Shown here piece after piece: positions 1 to 13,170 of a stretch of 64,000 nt of DNA. A program made the translations under genes and the position numbers. The notes under the pieces are model-generated. The model did no database searches, had not been told where the DNA came from, and saw only the letters and a program-made list of their open reading frames with translations. Source of the stretch: Camelus dromedarius (lineage: Eukaryota); the NCBI RefSeq assembly GCF_036321535.1, contig NC_087437.1:19966001-20030000 (forward strand), written 5' to 3'. Each line of letters begins with the position of its first letter. Position 1 is the stretch's first letter.

Positions 1-108
1 GTTCTAAGGCATCTGAGTTTTTCTTTAGTTAATGAAAGCATTGTGTGTATATCATGAAATGTTTGCAAGAGCATCAAAGACAGAAGTTTTCACAAAGATT
101 GACTTGAA

Positions 109-187
109 GGGGAGGATACAGCTCAGTGGTAAAGCCTTTGCTTAGCATGCATGCGGTCCTGGGTTCAATCCCCAGTACCTCCAAATA
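109..187 (+). mobile_element. tRNA-derived SINE, camelid Vic-1-like
   Basis: GGGGAGGATACAGCTCAGTGG (A box) ... GGGTTCAATCCC (B box) and a short A tail. Perfect 15-bp TSD AAAGATTGACTTGAA at 94-108 and 188-202. Confidence 0.88.
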
Positions 188-1009
188 AAAGATTGACTTG
201 AATTGAACAAACATTACTGAGTCTGTCCCTCACTGGTCTCTGCTCTAGGAGGCTACCCCTTCTCTCCAACCCCTCCCCTATCTTTAGACCTTGGCTCAGC
301 CCCCTCCTCTCTCAGCCTTCCCAGCCCCTCCCCCCATCCTACTGACATATCACCCAATGCTTCCCTTGACAGGACCTTGATAGCATGACCTTGGAACTGT
401 TTGTTCATGCAGCTCTCTCGTCTCCCAACTGGCACCGCCCTGAAGTTGGGGAGGGTAACCTACTTGCCTCTAGGTCCCCGCTCCTTGAACAGAGCAAAAA
501 CATCTGTTAAGTGAAAAGTAGATAAATGGCTTTAAAGTCCTCTTCTTGTTGCCTGAAGTGAATATCTCTAAACATTTACTCAGTGAGTTAGCTGACATGA
601 GAGGCACTGTCAAGTCCACTGTGGCCTTTCAAGACCAGTGTGGCCTCAGTGCAGTATTGGTGTGGGAAGGGATTCTTGAAATGGCCAGTGAGAGACAGTT
701 GGGTCCCAGAGGCTTCATTCAAAAGAAGGGAAGCCAGGAGCAGCGACCCAGTGGGAGAAAGATGCGGTCAGTCCCTTTTCCCGGCACACAGGCCTCGTGT
801 ACGGAGGAGGTGGGAGTCACAGCGAGGACAGAGCAAGGGGACAAAAATGTGGGGCACATTCACTGCCGGCCTGGGAGTTTGTACTCAGCGGGGGGCCAGG
901 AAGGTTTTTGATGGGACTGGATGGCGTGGGAGATCTAAGTGGCACGTCTTGACAGCTACCAGGGTTAACTGTGAATATGCAATAAAGTTTGGTGGTGGGA
1001 AAGACTAAT

Positions 1010-1160
1010 TATTAATGCAAAAATAGCACCTACTATGTGCTAAGCTCTGTTCTAAAAGCTTAGGATACAAATCAGCAAACCAAAAAGAGTTCTGTGCCCT
1101 AGTAAAGCTCACATCCCAGAGAGTTGAGAACGAGACACAGACAATTACCAATGGGATACT
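1010..1160 (-). mobile_element. L2 3' fragment
   Basis: GCACCTACTATGTGCTAAGCTCTGTTCTA...GGATACA...GCTCACATC resembles the reverse complement of the L2 3' end. Confidence 0.6.
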
Positions 1161-4100
1161 AGCTGATGGGAAAGGGGGAGTCAAGAAAAGGGCTGTTTTG
1201 TTTTGTTTAATATGGGAGAAGGAAGCACACCCCACGCTATTTGTTGGTGGAGAATGTCAGCTCTTTTCTTGAGGCCACGGTGCCACTTGGCCCAAGGCCC
1301 GTGCCTCTGCTGCTCACCCGGCATAGTTATCTGTTTCTGCCTGAATAGCAAATGATACCATTTTGAAAGACCTCTTGGTGCCTGATTGATTTGTTAGGGA
1401 GCCTGACAGCCTTAATGGACTTTCCTGACAAGACAATGGCTTCTCTTGGCAGTGCTTGTCTTGGAGAGGTTCCAGGGATGGTAATAATAGCATTAGGCTC
1501 AAAGGCGGAGGAGGAAGACGAGGAGGAGGAGCAACAGGTCAAGGCCACAAGGATTTTACTTAACGTGGAACCTGAACTTAATGTGGGAAGGAAATAAACT
1601 CCCAGGTTCGACCTAACTGACAGGTGCTGGAGGACGGAACAAAGACAGGAGAGAAAGGTGTCTCTTCCAGGTCTCGGACCCAGCGAGGATCACCCTATAA
1701 GGAGGCTTCCTTTTCAGTTACTCTCCGTGGAGCTCCCTTTCCTTCTGCTCCCCATTCTCCAAAGGAAAGTGTCTTTTGGGATGCAGTGCATGTTAGCAAG
1801 GCTCGGCCTTATAGTCACTTTCTGCCTGTGTGATCTTGGGTAAGTCACTTAACTTTTCAAAATTTCAATTTCCCCTTTCAGAGTATAGAAATCGTAACAT
1901 CTAAAATAGCTTCTGGAATGTGGCAGGGGTCTACGCATGGTGGCTGTTGGTGTGTGGGACCATTGCGGAAGACACGATGGCTTAGAGAGGCTGGACTGAT
2001 GGGCCATCATCTGGCCCTTGCACAGGTTCCTGATCTCTCTGTGCCTCCCTTTCCTCATCCTCACGATACCTATGTCTCAGACTTGAGGGAAGTATTAATG
2101 AATGAGTACATGGAAAACAGTGTCTGGCACATCATGACTTCTTGGTGAACTAGCTCTTAGAATTACTTGCACGTGTGTTTGTGTGGTTGTGTGTTAATTT
2201 GGGGAAAGGCACATTCCTTGGCTGGCTGGTTGCCGTTAACGAGGCGCCTGGGCAGAACTTGGGGGTGGGGGCAAAGGATCTGGAACTAAGGGTAAGTGTG
2301 ATGCTTAGCATATCTGTCACTCCAGGTATGTGCAAATGTCTCTTCCTCGGGGAGCCGGATGTGCTGAGAGCCCCCTCCCCAACATCTGAAGGGCAACATG
2401 AGCCACCTTGAGGTCCCTGCGGTGGCCAGGGGGCCTGTCGCCCTGGTCACTGCCCCCAGGCAGCCAGGCTGCAGTGCTGCTGGTGGCTGGTTAGGCTTGC
2501 CTGTCCCTGTTCTGGTTCTGTGAGGCCATTGGAAAGGACTGGCAGTCCCTAATGACAATGCATTGGTGGCCTCATGGCACTACTGACCTGCTAATGACTC
2601 TTAGGGACTCAAAACATGGTGGGGAGTGGAGGAATCAGGATTCAAGTGAAAAAAAAGGTGGGCAGTTTCTCTAAGATGTGGTTCTTCCTGACCTTAACAA
2701 GGGCACGACTTGTCATTGTAATGGATGCTCTATTGTGCGCATCTTAAAGTTGAGAAAAGTGAGAGTCAGAGAGGTTATGTAAATTGCCAAAGATCACACA
2801 GCATCTGAAGGGATTTGTTGTGATCTGAACCCAGGTCCCTCTGACAGCCAAATTTTTAAAATTTCTTTATCATCATGCCCCTGTGTGTTTCAACTCAGTT
2901 CAAATTGCTGATGGAGCTCACAGGTAGTCCTCGATGCTGGAAGGGGGGAATATATGCAGAGGCAGAAGACATGCCCACCCATGAGGAGCGCTCAGTGTAG
3001 GCCAGAGGGCAGGACATGCTTACCGAGCACCTGAACATCCCATAAATGTTCTCTGACCAGATTAGCCGAATCATGAAATGGGGTTCAGAGAAAGACAATT
3101 CTAAGCACCTCCTGGGTCACAAAAGGTGAGTCTATCAGAGACATTAAATTGAGGTTGGAAAGCTGACAAGGTGAGGAAATCCACAGAGCCGGGATGAGGA
3201 GACTGAGGATTGGGTATCGTTGCTGCTCAGACCTGACCCCACACAGCCACATTCTACACATGTTCACGATGCAGATCTCAGTTAGTCAACAAGCTCATCA
3301 GTCAAAACACCGCCTTCTGCCACTCCACCATGACTGAGCACCTACAATATGCAGGCACTGTGTGTGGGGCTGGAGCCCAGAGGACAATAAGGCAAGGTCC
3401 CTGCCCTAAGGAGCTCTTAATCCCTGAGCAGTGCAAACAGCCAAGCCTCACAAAGCTCCAAATCAGCAGTGCCCACGGATCAGCCCCAGGGCACCGCACA
3501 GGGTGGGTGGAGTATGCACTGTGCCCCTGGGGACTAGAAGCTCCGTCTTCCATCCCTGAAGACAATGCACCAGAATGCACAAGAATAAGAGATTTTATTA
3601 CCAATATAACCTTGAATCTGCTCCTATTTAAAAAAAGTAAAGAGGAAATCATTCACAAACTTCAGAACGTTTGCTTTTATTAGTAACAAATTGCCTGTGG
3701 AAATACTGCTGCTGAGATCCATAGCTGTAAACAATTCCAAATTAGTCTGTTTACTACAGGGGGATGGGAGGGAGGAGGGAGGGCAGGTTATCAGGTAGTG
3801 GAGTCAGGGAGTTGAGAGAGGCAGGGAGGGGACCCACAGGACATCTTCCCCTTCTCTAGAGTGAACACCTGGGCTCAGCTGGAGGCAGAGGTCTGGAGGG
3901 AAAGGTACACTCTGCAGCTGGGGCTGGCCTCCCCCATTCTGGGAGCAGAGGCCAAGGCGGAAGCTGAGAATGAGTGGCAGGGCAGGGATTTGGCAAAGTA
4001 GCCCTAAAGGAGCTGATGGAGGAATCGCGGCCCCAGCCAGCAGGAAATGATCTTGAAAGGCTCCAGGTGGGTTCTGGCTTCGTTAATATCCATCTGCTCT

Positions 4101-5199
4101 TGTCAAATATGAAGACACCTGACACATAAAAGTCAAACCCAATTCTTATTTTGCAGACCTGAAAAAGCTCCCCAAACCAACTCGTCTGGGCTTCTCCTTT
4201 TAAATAGTGAAGTATCTGATAAACGTACTACCAAGTGGATTCAGAGCAGCCGAGGAGAGAGGCTGAAACCAGGGTTAGAATCTCCCAGGGAAGCTCCTCG
4301 TGGACTCTCCTGTACATTCCTGGTTAGGATCTCTGTTCAAGGAAGGTCTGATTGGTTTTTCTCTATAGAATGCCAGTGGAGCGCTGTCCGGGGTCCTTCC
4401 TGAGAAATCTCAGGGGTCCTAGGCGCCTGGTTGGCCTGAAAAGGTAGATGTGGTCCTTAACACAGCTGCCTGAACCAGGAATTCCTTGTGCCAGGAGATA
4501 GCAGAGCCTATCCTGGCCTGAGCAGTACAGTAGGCAGCTGGGATTGGTTCTCTCTTTCTCCTGTTCCTACTTCTGAACCTATCCCCAGGATCACTGTGTG
4601 ACCAGAGCCCTACCTGGTGAGTGTGGGACTTTTTTCAGATTTTCCCTAACTTCCTATTTCTCCATCACAACTGACACATCACATGTCCCACTTCCAACAT
4701 CTCAGGTGCCTGTGTTTTAGCTAATAAGCTAACAAACAGCAAAGAGAAGAGTTTGAGAGCAGGTCTTCCTTCCCTGGAATGTTTGTGCTTTACAATGAGT
4801 TAGTGCAAGAGAGTGTTCCTCAATCACCACGTGAACCTCAGTAAGAATCTTCCCCTCTCTATATGCCAACTCTTTAACTTGTAAGAGAAAGGAGTTGGTC
4901 TAGATGATCCACCCTTCCCATTCTGTCATGTTTTCGTGTCTTGGTGGCATGATTTCAGCCAAAAGAGATAACTTTCTGTGACCTTTAAATCAGGCTACAT
5001 TGACCTGTCCATTTTTGTCTTCCAGTGTCTTCAAGCGGGGATAATGATAATAATGCCTTCCTCAGGGAGTTGTTTCAAAAATTAAATAAGATGACATTTG
5101 GGAACGTGCTCCACAAATTCAGAAAGTCAAAACACCCATGAGGACTGATGTTGATGGCAATTTTTAAAATAATCTAGAACAGGGTCGTGGAGCATCTTG

Positions 5200-6860
5200 G
5201 GGTTGGTGAAGTCTTCCTGTATATTCCCTCACGTACTTGTTTTATTGGTGAGAGAGGTACATTCCTAGGAGTTGAATTGACGGGTCCAATGTATACACTG
5301 TTAGCATTCTTGGTACCCAGTGCAGAAATGGCTTCCAGAAAGGAACTGACTTACCAGCAGTTAAAAACCAACTGCTCTATCCTTTGTTTTGCTCACTTAA
5401 TAATCAAAACTGCAGCCACCTTTTATTTTGCATTTTGTCAATTACTGGGAAATGTGAACATTTCCAAAATGTTTATGGGTATATGTTTTTTGTTTTGTAC
5501 GTTTTATACTCACATATATTTGTAATTGAAGTGATTATTGCTTCCCAATTAAAATGCAAAATATCTATCTCTAGTTTCCTCTTTTTAATAGTAATCCATT
5601 ACTACATTTTTTGGTAAGAAATATTACTCTCTTGTGCTTTCAAATTTTGATTAGGTTGTTTTGGGTATAAATTTTAAACTGTATTAGTCAAATCCATTGA
5701 TGTTTTCTTTTGTGATTTTTTCCCATTACTTTATGCTCTAAGCAAAAAGAAAAAGGTTCTTCATCCAAAAATGCAAATAATACTAATGAAGTTTTTTTTC
5801 CTTAAGGTTATACGTGGCTCATTTTAAATTAACTCTACAGGTGTCCCCCGCAATCCAAAAGTAGAGCGTTCCTATGAAGCCTTTCATAAGCTGAAATGGC
5901 ATAAAGCAAAGAGCAATTACCTGAGGCCACATCTTGCTAGCGGATGCACAGAATAAATCAGGACAAAGCACACATGCTCACAGACACAGTTCAAAGCCAT
6001 GGAGTCCTGATGTTGAGATGCTGGGTGTAGTTTCTGGGGAGGAGCCTGGCAGCACCATTCTGGTTGGGGTGCTTAATGGCTTGCTGCAAAACAAGCACCC
6101 AACGCTATTTTTGCTTTTCATCTTTTTTTTTTTTTAAAGGGAAAATCCTCTTTGGATTTCTTTCAGTTAGTGAAAACAGGTACTAATGTAGGTCTTTGGA
6201 AAAAACAAAGAAACATAAAGTAAACTTTTGAGAAGCAGGAATACCTGTATTTGAAAGTTGTTTTGATGTGGGATTGGAGGTGAGATTCTAACTTAATTTT
6301 TTATGAGTAAAATTATTTTACTAATTGTCTTAATAAATGTATTCATCCTTAATACAATTATTAGTTAATTAGTTAATTTAGCTAGGTATATCTAGGAAAA
6401 GGGTTTTTTCCCATTGACTTTCTTTTTATGGAATATGATAAGATCTTTTAATCTTACAATTATGATTAATCTTTTTTAATTGTTTGATTTTAGCTTTTTT
6501 TTCCTTTTTTAAAATTTTACCAAGAGAAATAAGAGATATTTACAATAGCTTTGTTTACTGATCCTGTTCCCCACAAATACAGATGGTGATTAGAATCTCT
6601 GCCTTCTGTGCGTATTACGTGTTCTGATATTGTCATTTGTTACTTTCGCATTTACCTGCCTTCTTAGACATCTTATTTTACTTTTTCATCACTGACTCAG
6701 TTTTCCTGTGTTCATTTTGCTTTTGTGTGCTACCAATGCAAATTTTCATTCTGATGCTGCATTTTTGAGTTCTGTTGTGATCCTTTTTTATTTCACTCAT
6801 CTCGTTTTAATGAATTCTGTTGGGTTTTCACGTTATTTGTTGTCTTTTAACCTAGTTCTG
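5200..6860 (-). mobile_element. Ancient degraded L1 (L1M-type) fragments, interrupted by a Tigger element
   Basis: T-rich sequence with decayed L1 ORF2 3' motifs, e.g. ATTCCTAGGAGTTGAATTGACGGGTC. Boundaries approximate. Confidence 0.5.
5838..6247. mobile_element. TcMar-Tigger non-autonomous DNA transposon
   Basis: TA TSD at 5836-5837 and 6248-6249. Imperfect terminal inverted repeats CAGGTGTCCCCCGC / GCAGGAATACCTG. Confidence 0.8.
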
Positions 6861-8921
6861 CATCTAAAGGCCTTGTGACTTTAAGTGAGCTGTGTAACTT
6901 CTCTGTACTTTTCAGCAGGTAACTGGGAGAATACAATGAATCAATAGTCATGGAGAGCTTGTAACCATGCCTGGCACGAAAGGATTCAGTTAATCTTATC
7001 TATTGTTATTAATAATGCCCACTATCACCTTCTGGTGATTTTACACTCTGAAAGGATACAATGGATAGAAAATGACAATTCTCCATTTGAAAAGCCTCTG
7101 AGTTTCTTCATATCTTGGTCACCATTACAGCAACTTCTTATGAAAACCATGTATTTAGGAAAAACATGTCACTGCCATTTCATGTCCTCCACATCCATTT
7201 GCTCTCAGATTTTTGAAATTTAGGGACTATCTATAGAATAAAAGCCATGATGTGTGTATCTTGATTGTTGTCAGCAGGAGTGGGGATGGAGAGTTGGGGA
7301 TGTTGCTTGGAGGTCAGCATTTTGCCTGATCAAACCAGGACCTGTTTAGGAGGAAAAAGATGGCTCAGTATTTGGGTCAGTACTGACTTCTGGATCGCAG
7401 AGTATGTAAGGGGATGAATGGTCTCTCAGGTCAACAGGTTTGCTTCCTTTCAGCCTCAGAAGCTTTGGTGGCCATGAGTGGATTTTTTTCATTTTCATTT
7501 TGTTGATGGGAGATAGCATTTTCCCCTCAATTCTGGCAGTAGGTTAACTACCAGAGCCAGATTTTGGTGCTCGTGTGAGTGGTGGTCCTTGCTGTGCCTT
7601 TGTACGTACTGCCGCGAGGCACCAAGGGAGGCTGCATCAGCTGCTGCTCACCACGGACCCTTCCAGAGTGTGGATCCTCGTGCAGTGGCATCTACATTGC
7701 TATCTGAACCTGCAGCTCTCTAGGGGAGGGAGTGAGGAGAACGCCTGGTATTTAGTGGCTGAGAAGGTAACAGGGCCCCTGCACCCCACTCCCCGCTGTG
7801 GGCTAGAAGCTGGAAAGGACAGGTGGCACAAAGAGGCCAGTAGGATGAGAGGGAGTGAACTCTTAGTTCAGGTGCTGGTGGAAGACGGCTTTGCAGTGGT
7901 TCATCTCTGAAGTGGTTCTGACTTATTAAGTGTAAGTTGGAGCCTTAATTAATCAAGTTCTTGCTACAAGTGTAGTCAAGGCCTTTGCTAAGTACCTACA
8001 AGGCTGCAAATCAGAGGCCATTCAGGTTCTCATTCATTCTCTCCTTATTCATGTGTATCAAGCACCTGCCCTGGGCTAAGGGCTGGGGATACAGTGGTGA
8101 ACAAGATAGAACCTTCGCTGTCTCCTCTGAGAAAATCTGCTCCTCACTGCACACCCCCGTGTCACCTTCATTTATGAGGAGGCTTACCTGCATCACCACA
8201 CCTGTGTGATGACTCTGGGAGGCTGCTGCGGTTGTTCCCGTTTCACAAAGGAGGAATTGGGGCACAAGGAACTTGCAGGTTGTGTCAGTGGAGGGCCAGG
8301 ACTTACCCTGTTTGCCTGACACTAAAGCCCCAACCTTACGCTTCCTAAATCCACCGATTCCCACATCCCGTGAATGATCAGAATATGTTTGCAAGGATGC
8401 GGCTCTCAAACCAGAGATGCAGTGTTCAAGTTGCTTTACAGCTGGATGCAAAGAAACATCTGGCAGGATCACACACTTCCAGGCGGGTGTTTGGCATCAG
8501 TGGGCCAGTCATCCGACATGACACACACCCAGCAGGAAAGAGGATTCCCTCCTGGAATACAGACTCTTGAAGTCTGAGAGAAATTTTCAGTTTTGCTCTT
8601 GTAATCCTCAGGGAAGTCAGGCACCAGCCTGAGCTGAGGCCATGGAGGCTCAAGAAAACATCAAGCTGCTTCTCTTTTGTTGAATACCTCCTCATCACAG
8701 GGAAGCCACCTGTGTCCTGACCAACCTTTGCACCATTCCCGAGAGGGGAGGGCACTTGCCCAGATGGTTTATCCTGGGTAGATCTTGGCGGGTTCTGCCC
8801 ATGCTTGGGCTTGAGGGAGGAGGGAGGAGGGTTTTTATAGAAATCTGCAGAACAGACCTATTTATAATAATTGGGGTAGAATTTGGGGACAGGGAAGGTT
8901 TATCACAAATACTTAAGAAGC

Positions 8922-9421
8922 TGTCAACTGAAATAAATGCACAACCTAAAAGTTGAGTTATGTTTTATTTACTGGACCATTCTGAGGACTCAGCCCTGGA
9001 TGACAGCCTCCCAGATTGCTCTCAGACTGCTCCGAAGAGGTAGGGGAGGTAGGGGAGGGACCAAGACATATAGGAGTTTTACAACAAAGACCAGGTAGTT
9101 AGAACATTAAAAGATTACTTGTTAACTGAAGAAAACCAGACATCTCAAGTTAAAGAATTTAGTGCTTTTCTATGTATGGAAGGGAGGAAACATTCAGGCT
9201 CATTGAATTCATTCCTTTGACAAGCACCTGGCTCTCTAGGGCCAGTATCCTGTCCTTTCTTATTCTGAGTCCTCTCAGAGTGCACCATTGTGAGTGGCTG
9301 CAGAGGCCGGGCTGCAGGCTTGTCTTCTTTGCCTTGGGGGGTGGAGGGTGTGGCAGCCACTGATGACTTGGTTTCAGCATTCTTTGTTTACTGATATGGT
9401 TTGCAGTATTTTTTCTCCACA
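8922..9421 (-). mobile_element. ERV1-class solo LTR (copy 1)
   Basis: TG...CA termini and 4-bp TSD AAGC/AAAC. TTTATT near the left end is a polyA signal on the minus strand. Clearly homologous to 36372-36836 (shared AAAAGATTACT, TCTCAAGTTAA, CCAGTATCCT, TTTGTTTACTGATA). Confidence 0.8.
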
Positions 9422-10939
9422 AAACCAAGGATAATGCAGCCTCTCCTCAGCTTCCGAGGAAGTCCCAAGTCTCTGAATTCATAATACCCCATCTCCTACA
9501 CCCGAGTGTTTGATCAGTAGTAAACAAAGACTCTGCTCGCCACGTTTAGGAGAGCATGATTTTTAAGAAAAGTTTTTGTGAGCTTAGGACTGGAGGGCTT
9601 TGCTTCATTCCCTGCACAGACAAGAGCCAGGCTCCTGTGGACGCTACCTGTGGTGGACGGAAGGAGATGAGGACTGTCAGGAGGGTGGGGACCCCGTCCC
9701 AGCCCTGCCACACACTAGCAGCGCGGCTCTGGTAGCTCATTACCCTCCCCGGCCTCAGTTTCCTCCTCCATAAATTCAGCAATTTAGTTGAGATTATTTT
9801 AAAGAAACTTTCAGCTCTATTATGTACGATCCATTCTAGAGTGATTGGTTCCAGGGCTGAGCAATCTGTTGTCAATTACCCATGACCAGTAGACAGAAGG
9901 GGAGGCCCCAAACCACATGATAGACACTGGGTAATTCATATCTATCTATTTAACCCCCACAACAAAAACCATTTAGGCAGTTGTGGTAGTTACAGTGGTA
10001 CAGTGGGGCCGAGCTGGTGTGGAGAGTGCGGGAGAAGCCTCCATGGATCTCACCTCTGCATCCCCTGCCCCTCACCCTGCTCCCATCTCTCCCTCAGCCT
10101 TTTAAGCCAGACCTTCACCTTCAGTGAATCAGGAAAATATGGGGAATGAAAAAGAAAAAATAAAATAAATGGAAACTTTGAGGCTTCCAAGTGTCTGGTG
10201 TTCACAATTCAAAGAGGACTTAAGGGTCCGTTGTTCTATTTTTCAAGTGCAGTTTTGACTGTGCTTGATTTCCAGTCTCACCATGCTTGACCCTAAACCT
10301 GCATAGCCTTTCCCTGTGTCATCCATGTTAGATACCAGATGAAGAGACTGATGCCCAGGGATGAAGTGACCTGCCAAACATCAGGGACCCAGTGAGGAGA
10401 CAGGACTCAGGTGTAGTCCCACCAATGGCCAAGCCCCTTCCCTTCCCCTTCCCCAGCCCCCTTCCTATGGCTGCTGGGACTCAGCTGTGGACATTGGAGT
10501 TGTCAGGAACGAATGGGTCCCTGCTGTGTGTGGTTCCCTGAATGAGCTGCCATTTACATTTGGCTTTCTTATGCATTATTTTCATCATTTTCCACAGAGA
10601 TTTTCCTTCTGGATTTGGTTTGGCTCCATCCAGCATTAAAATGAGTTTGCAGGCCTAGGGGAGTTGGTGACTGAGGATGGGAAGGCAGCCAACAGTGTCC
10701 TGTGCAAGAATGGAACATTAGTTACGGGTTAACATTTTTCATTTGCCACAGGTAATCCACAAAGCAATTCATCTGCATATAGATAATTACAAGTTGATTC
10801 GGTTGTGCCTCTTTGAAATCAGAACTGTGGTGTATGGAAGTAGAAAGCTTATGTGTGGTGTTCTGAAGACCACCCAGAGCCACCCAGCCCGGAAACTTCC
10901 TTTAACTAGCCTGAAGTTAACCTCTCATCTGCTTATAAT

Positions 10940-11380
10940 TTTTCAATGACTCCCTACGGATTTAGGCTGAAGTCTAAACTCTGGAACATGACCCCTAAGT
11001 CCTTCTAGGATCTGCCTTCTGCCTCTATCTTTAGCTTCATCTATCTCTGTCCCTCCCACCCCCCACCACCCCAGCAGCTATAACACACTTGTTTCATGTT
11101 CTCAAATAGGCCACCCTTCTACACGGCTTGTGCCGAGAATTCTCATCCCCGACTCTAAGATCCCCCGCCCCTGGCCTCAGCCCTCGGGCTCTGGGAAGCT
11201 TCTCCTGATGCTTCCTGCCTGGACTGTGTGCTCCTCACACTCTGCTCTATTGCAGTCCCCGGTTGGTTCCTCTACCCCCACTTTAAGGGGGAGAACTCTG
11301 TCTGTCTTTCCACCACCCCGTCTCCTTACAGTGAGGGTGCACAGGGGGCACTCAAAGGCTATCGATGAATGAATGAATCA
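10940..11380 (+). mobile_element. L2 3' fragment
   Basis: L2-like body ending in a GATGAATGAATGAAT tail. Confidence 0.55.
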
Positions 11381-12964
11381 ACCATCAGTCAACATTAAAC
11401 TTCAGATTCCCTACCAGGGAGAAATAGCCTCATAACCATCAGCACTTTTCCTTTCATTTTTAATACCAGAAGCAGCACATTAATATAGTCTCCTTGTTTA
11501 AACAAATAAAAAGAAGAAAGAAGAGAAACATGGTGAATGAGGCTAAACTCTCTTACAACCAGTTCCAGTCCCAGGCTCCTCCCCTATATTTTGTGTTATT
11601 TTTCCTGACCTCTGCGTGTGTGTGTGTGTTTGCATGTTTGTATTCATGTACCCACATACCCTCCAAAATGTACTATGTTATATGGAAATACCTCTTTGCA
11701 GCTTGCTTTTTCAAATTTACAATAGGTTGTAAATTTGGTCCTGTGTTAGCACACTTAGCTCTGATTCATTCTTTTTAGAGTTTGTCAAGATTTCTGAATG
11801 TGGATAGAACAGTTTATTTAGTTACTCCCCCATTGTCCATCAACAGTTAAGTACACTATAATCCTGGAATGTTCAAGAGAGAGGGACTTTAGGGACCACA
11901 TGATCGTGTCTTCTCCTCTGGAGCCTGGAGTCCTTCCAACAGTATCCGTGTGCTGACCTCTCTCTCCCTTGCTCAGATACTTAAAGGAACAGAATGCTTA
12001 GTACCAGGGAAGGCAACCCTAATTAGAGCATTTGTTCCCACAGTGAACCAAAATCTTCCCCCTTTTAATTCCCACCCTTCTTTCCTACTTTTGTCCACGG
12101 GAAACTCAACCACAAAGTATACCTTCTCCTCCTCCCCACACTTGCCCTGTGAATGTGTGATGGGAACTGGCGTGTCTCCCATTAACAATTCTTCTTAATC
12201 TTTTGTCAGAGTCTTTGCATTTGGTTTCTAGACCCTATGAACATCAGGCAGCCTCCTAATGCACCCAGTTTGGAAAATCCTCTCTCAAAGTGTCACTCTT
12301 AGGAGGGCATGCAGCACACTAGATAAAGCCTGACCATCCCTGGGCTCCATGGGATAGTCCTCTCCCTTTATCTTACCACCATACTTCTGTTAATGTCTAG
12401 TATCTGCTTAGCTTCTGGCCCCAAGGAAAGAGGAGGCAGGAGTAGATTTGGATCAGACTGGGAATGGGCACTGGGATGACCTTGCGTGAGACCTGTTCTC
12501 CTGGAATGCAGATCTGGGCAGGCACAGAGGGCAACAAGAGGATGCTGAGTGCCCTTAGAAAAAAAAGGCCAGTGCACCAAGGGGACAGAGAGCATAATCT
12601 CTCCCCCAGACCATTTTGCTTGGTGTGAGCTGTGCAGGAAGCCAATTATAAGGAAACTAGGGATTAGGGATGCCTGCTGATTCTTATCAGGGTAAGGTGA
12701 GGAGCACCTGGCCCCTTGGGCTTAGGCAGGCAGACCCAGAGCTGCCCTGAATACGGGACAGGTGCACTGTCCTGGGGCATAGCTGTTCTCTGTTTGGTCC
12801 AGGAGAATGCCTCGTCTACTCTTGTCCACCTAGTCCAAGGTCTGACCTCGTGATGTGAATATAGGGTCCCTAGTGGGATGAGCAGGAGGGGAGAGTCTCA
12901 TTCCCTTCACTTCAAGAGTTATTGTTGGCTTCACGAAGATCAGGGCTTAAACCCAGTCCTGTTC

Positions 12965-13170
12965 TGTATTAGCCAGAATGCTTTGGTTGCAAGCAACAGA
13001 AACAGATCCTGCTAACTGAAACAGAAGAGGATTTACCAGAAGAATATGAGAACAGAGGGAACTCACAGACCCCAGAGGAGGTTGAAGGTCTAGGTTTAAT
13101 TCCCATCCTTGAGCCAATCCATTCAAAATTCAATGATCTGGAGAGTTCATTTGGCCTGGCAGCTTGGTTT
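12965..13170. mobile_element. MaLR LTR fragment (MLT1-like)
   Basis: Starts TGTATTAGCCAGAATGCTTTGGTTGCAAGCAACAGAAAC, typical of an old MLT1 terminus. Confidence 0.6.

Noticed and set aside
109..182. Functional tRNA gene
   Set aside because: It has a 15-bp TSD and an A tail, no T-run terminator and imperfect stems, so it is a SINE.
1391..1597. Acidic ORF (EEEDEEEEQQ) as a coding exon
   Set aside because: Explained by a short GAG-rich simple repeat. No recognisable domain or convincing splice sites.
7640..7665. REST/NRSE-like motif (CACCACGGAC)
   Set aside because: Only the central part matches. Both TTCAG and AGCGCC flanks are absent.
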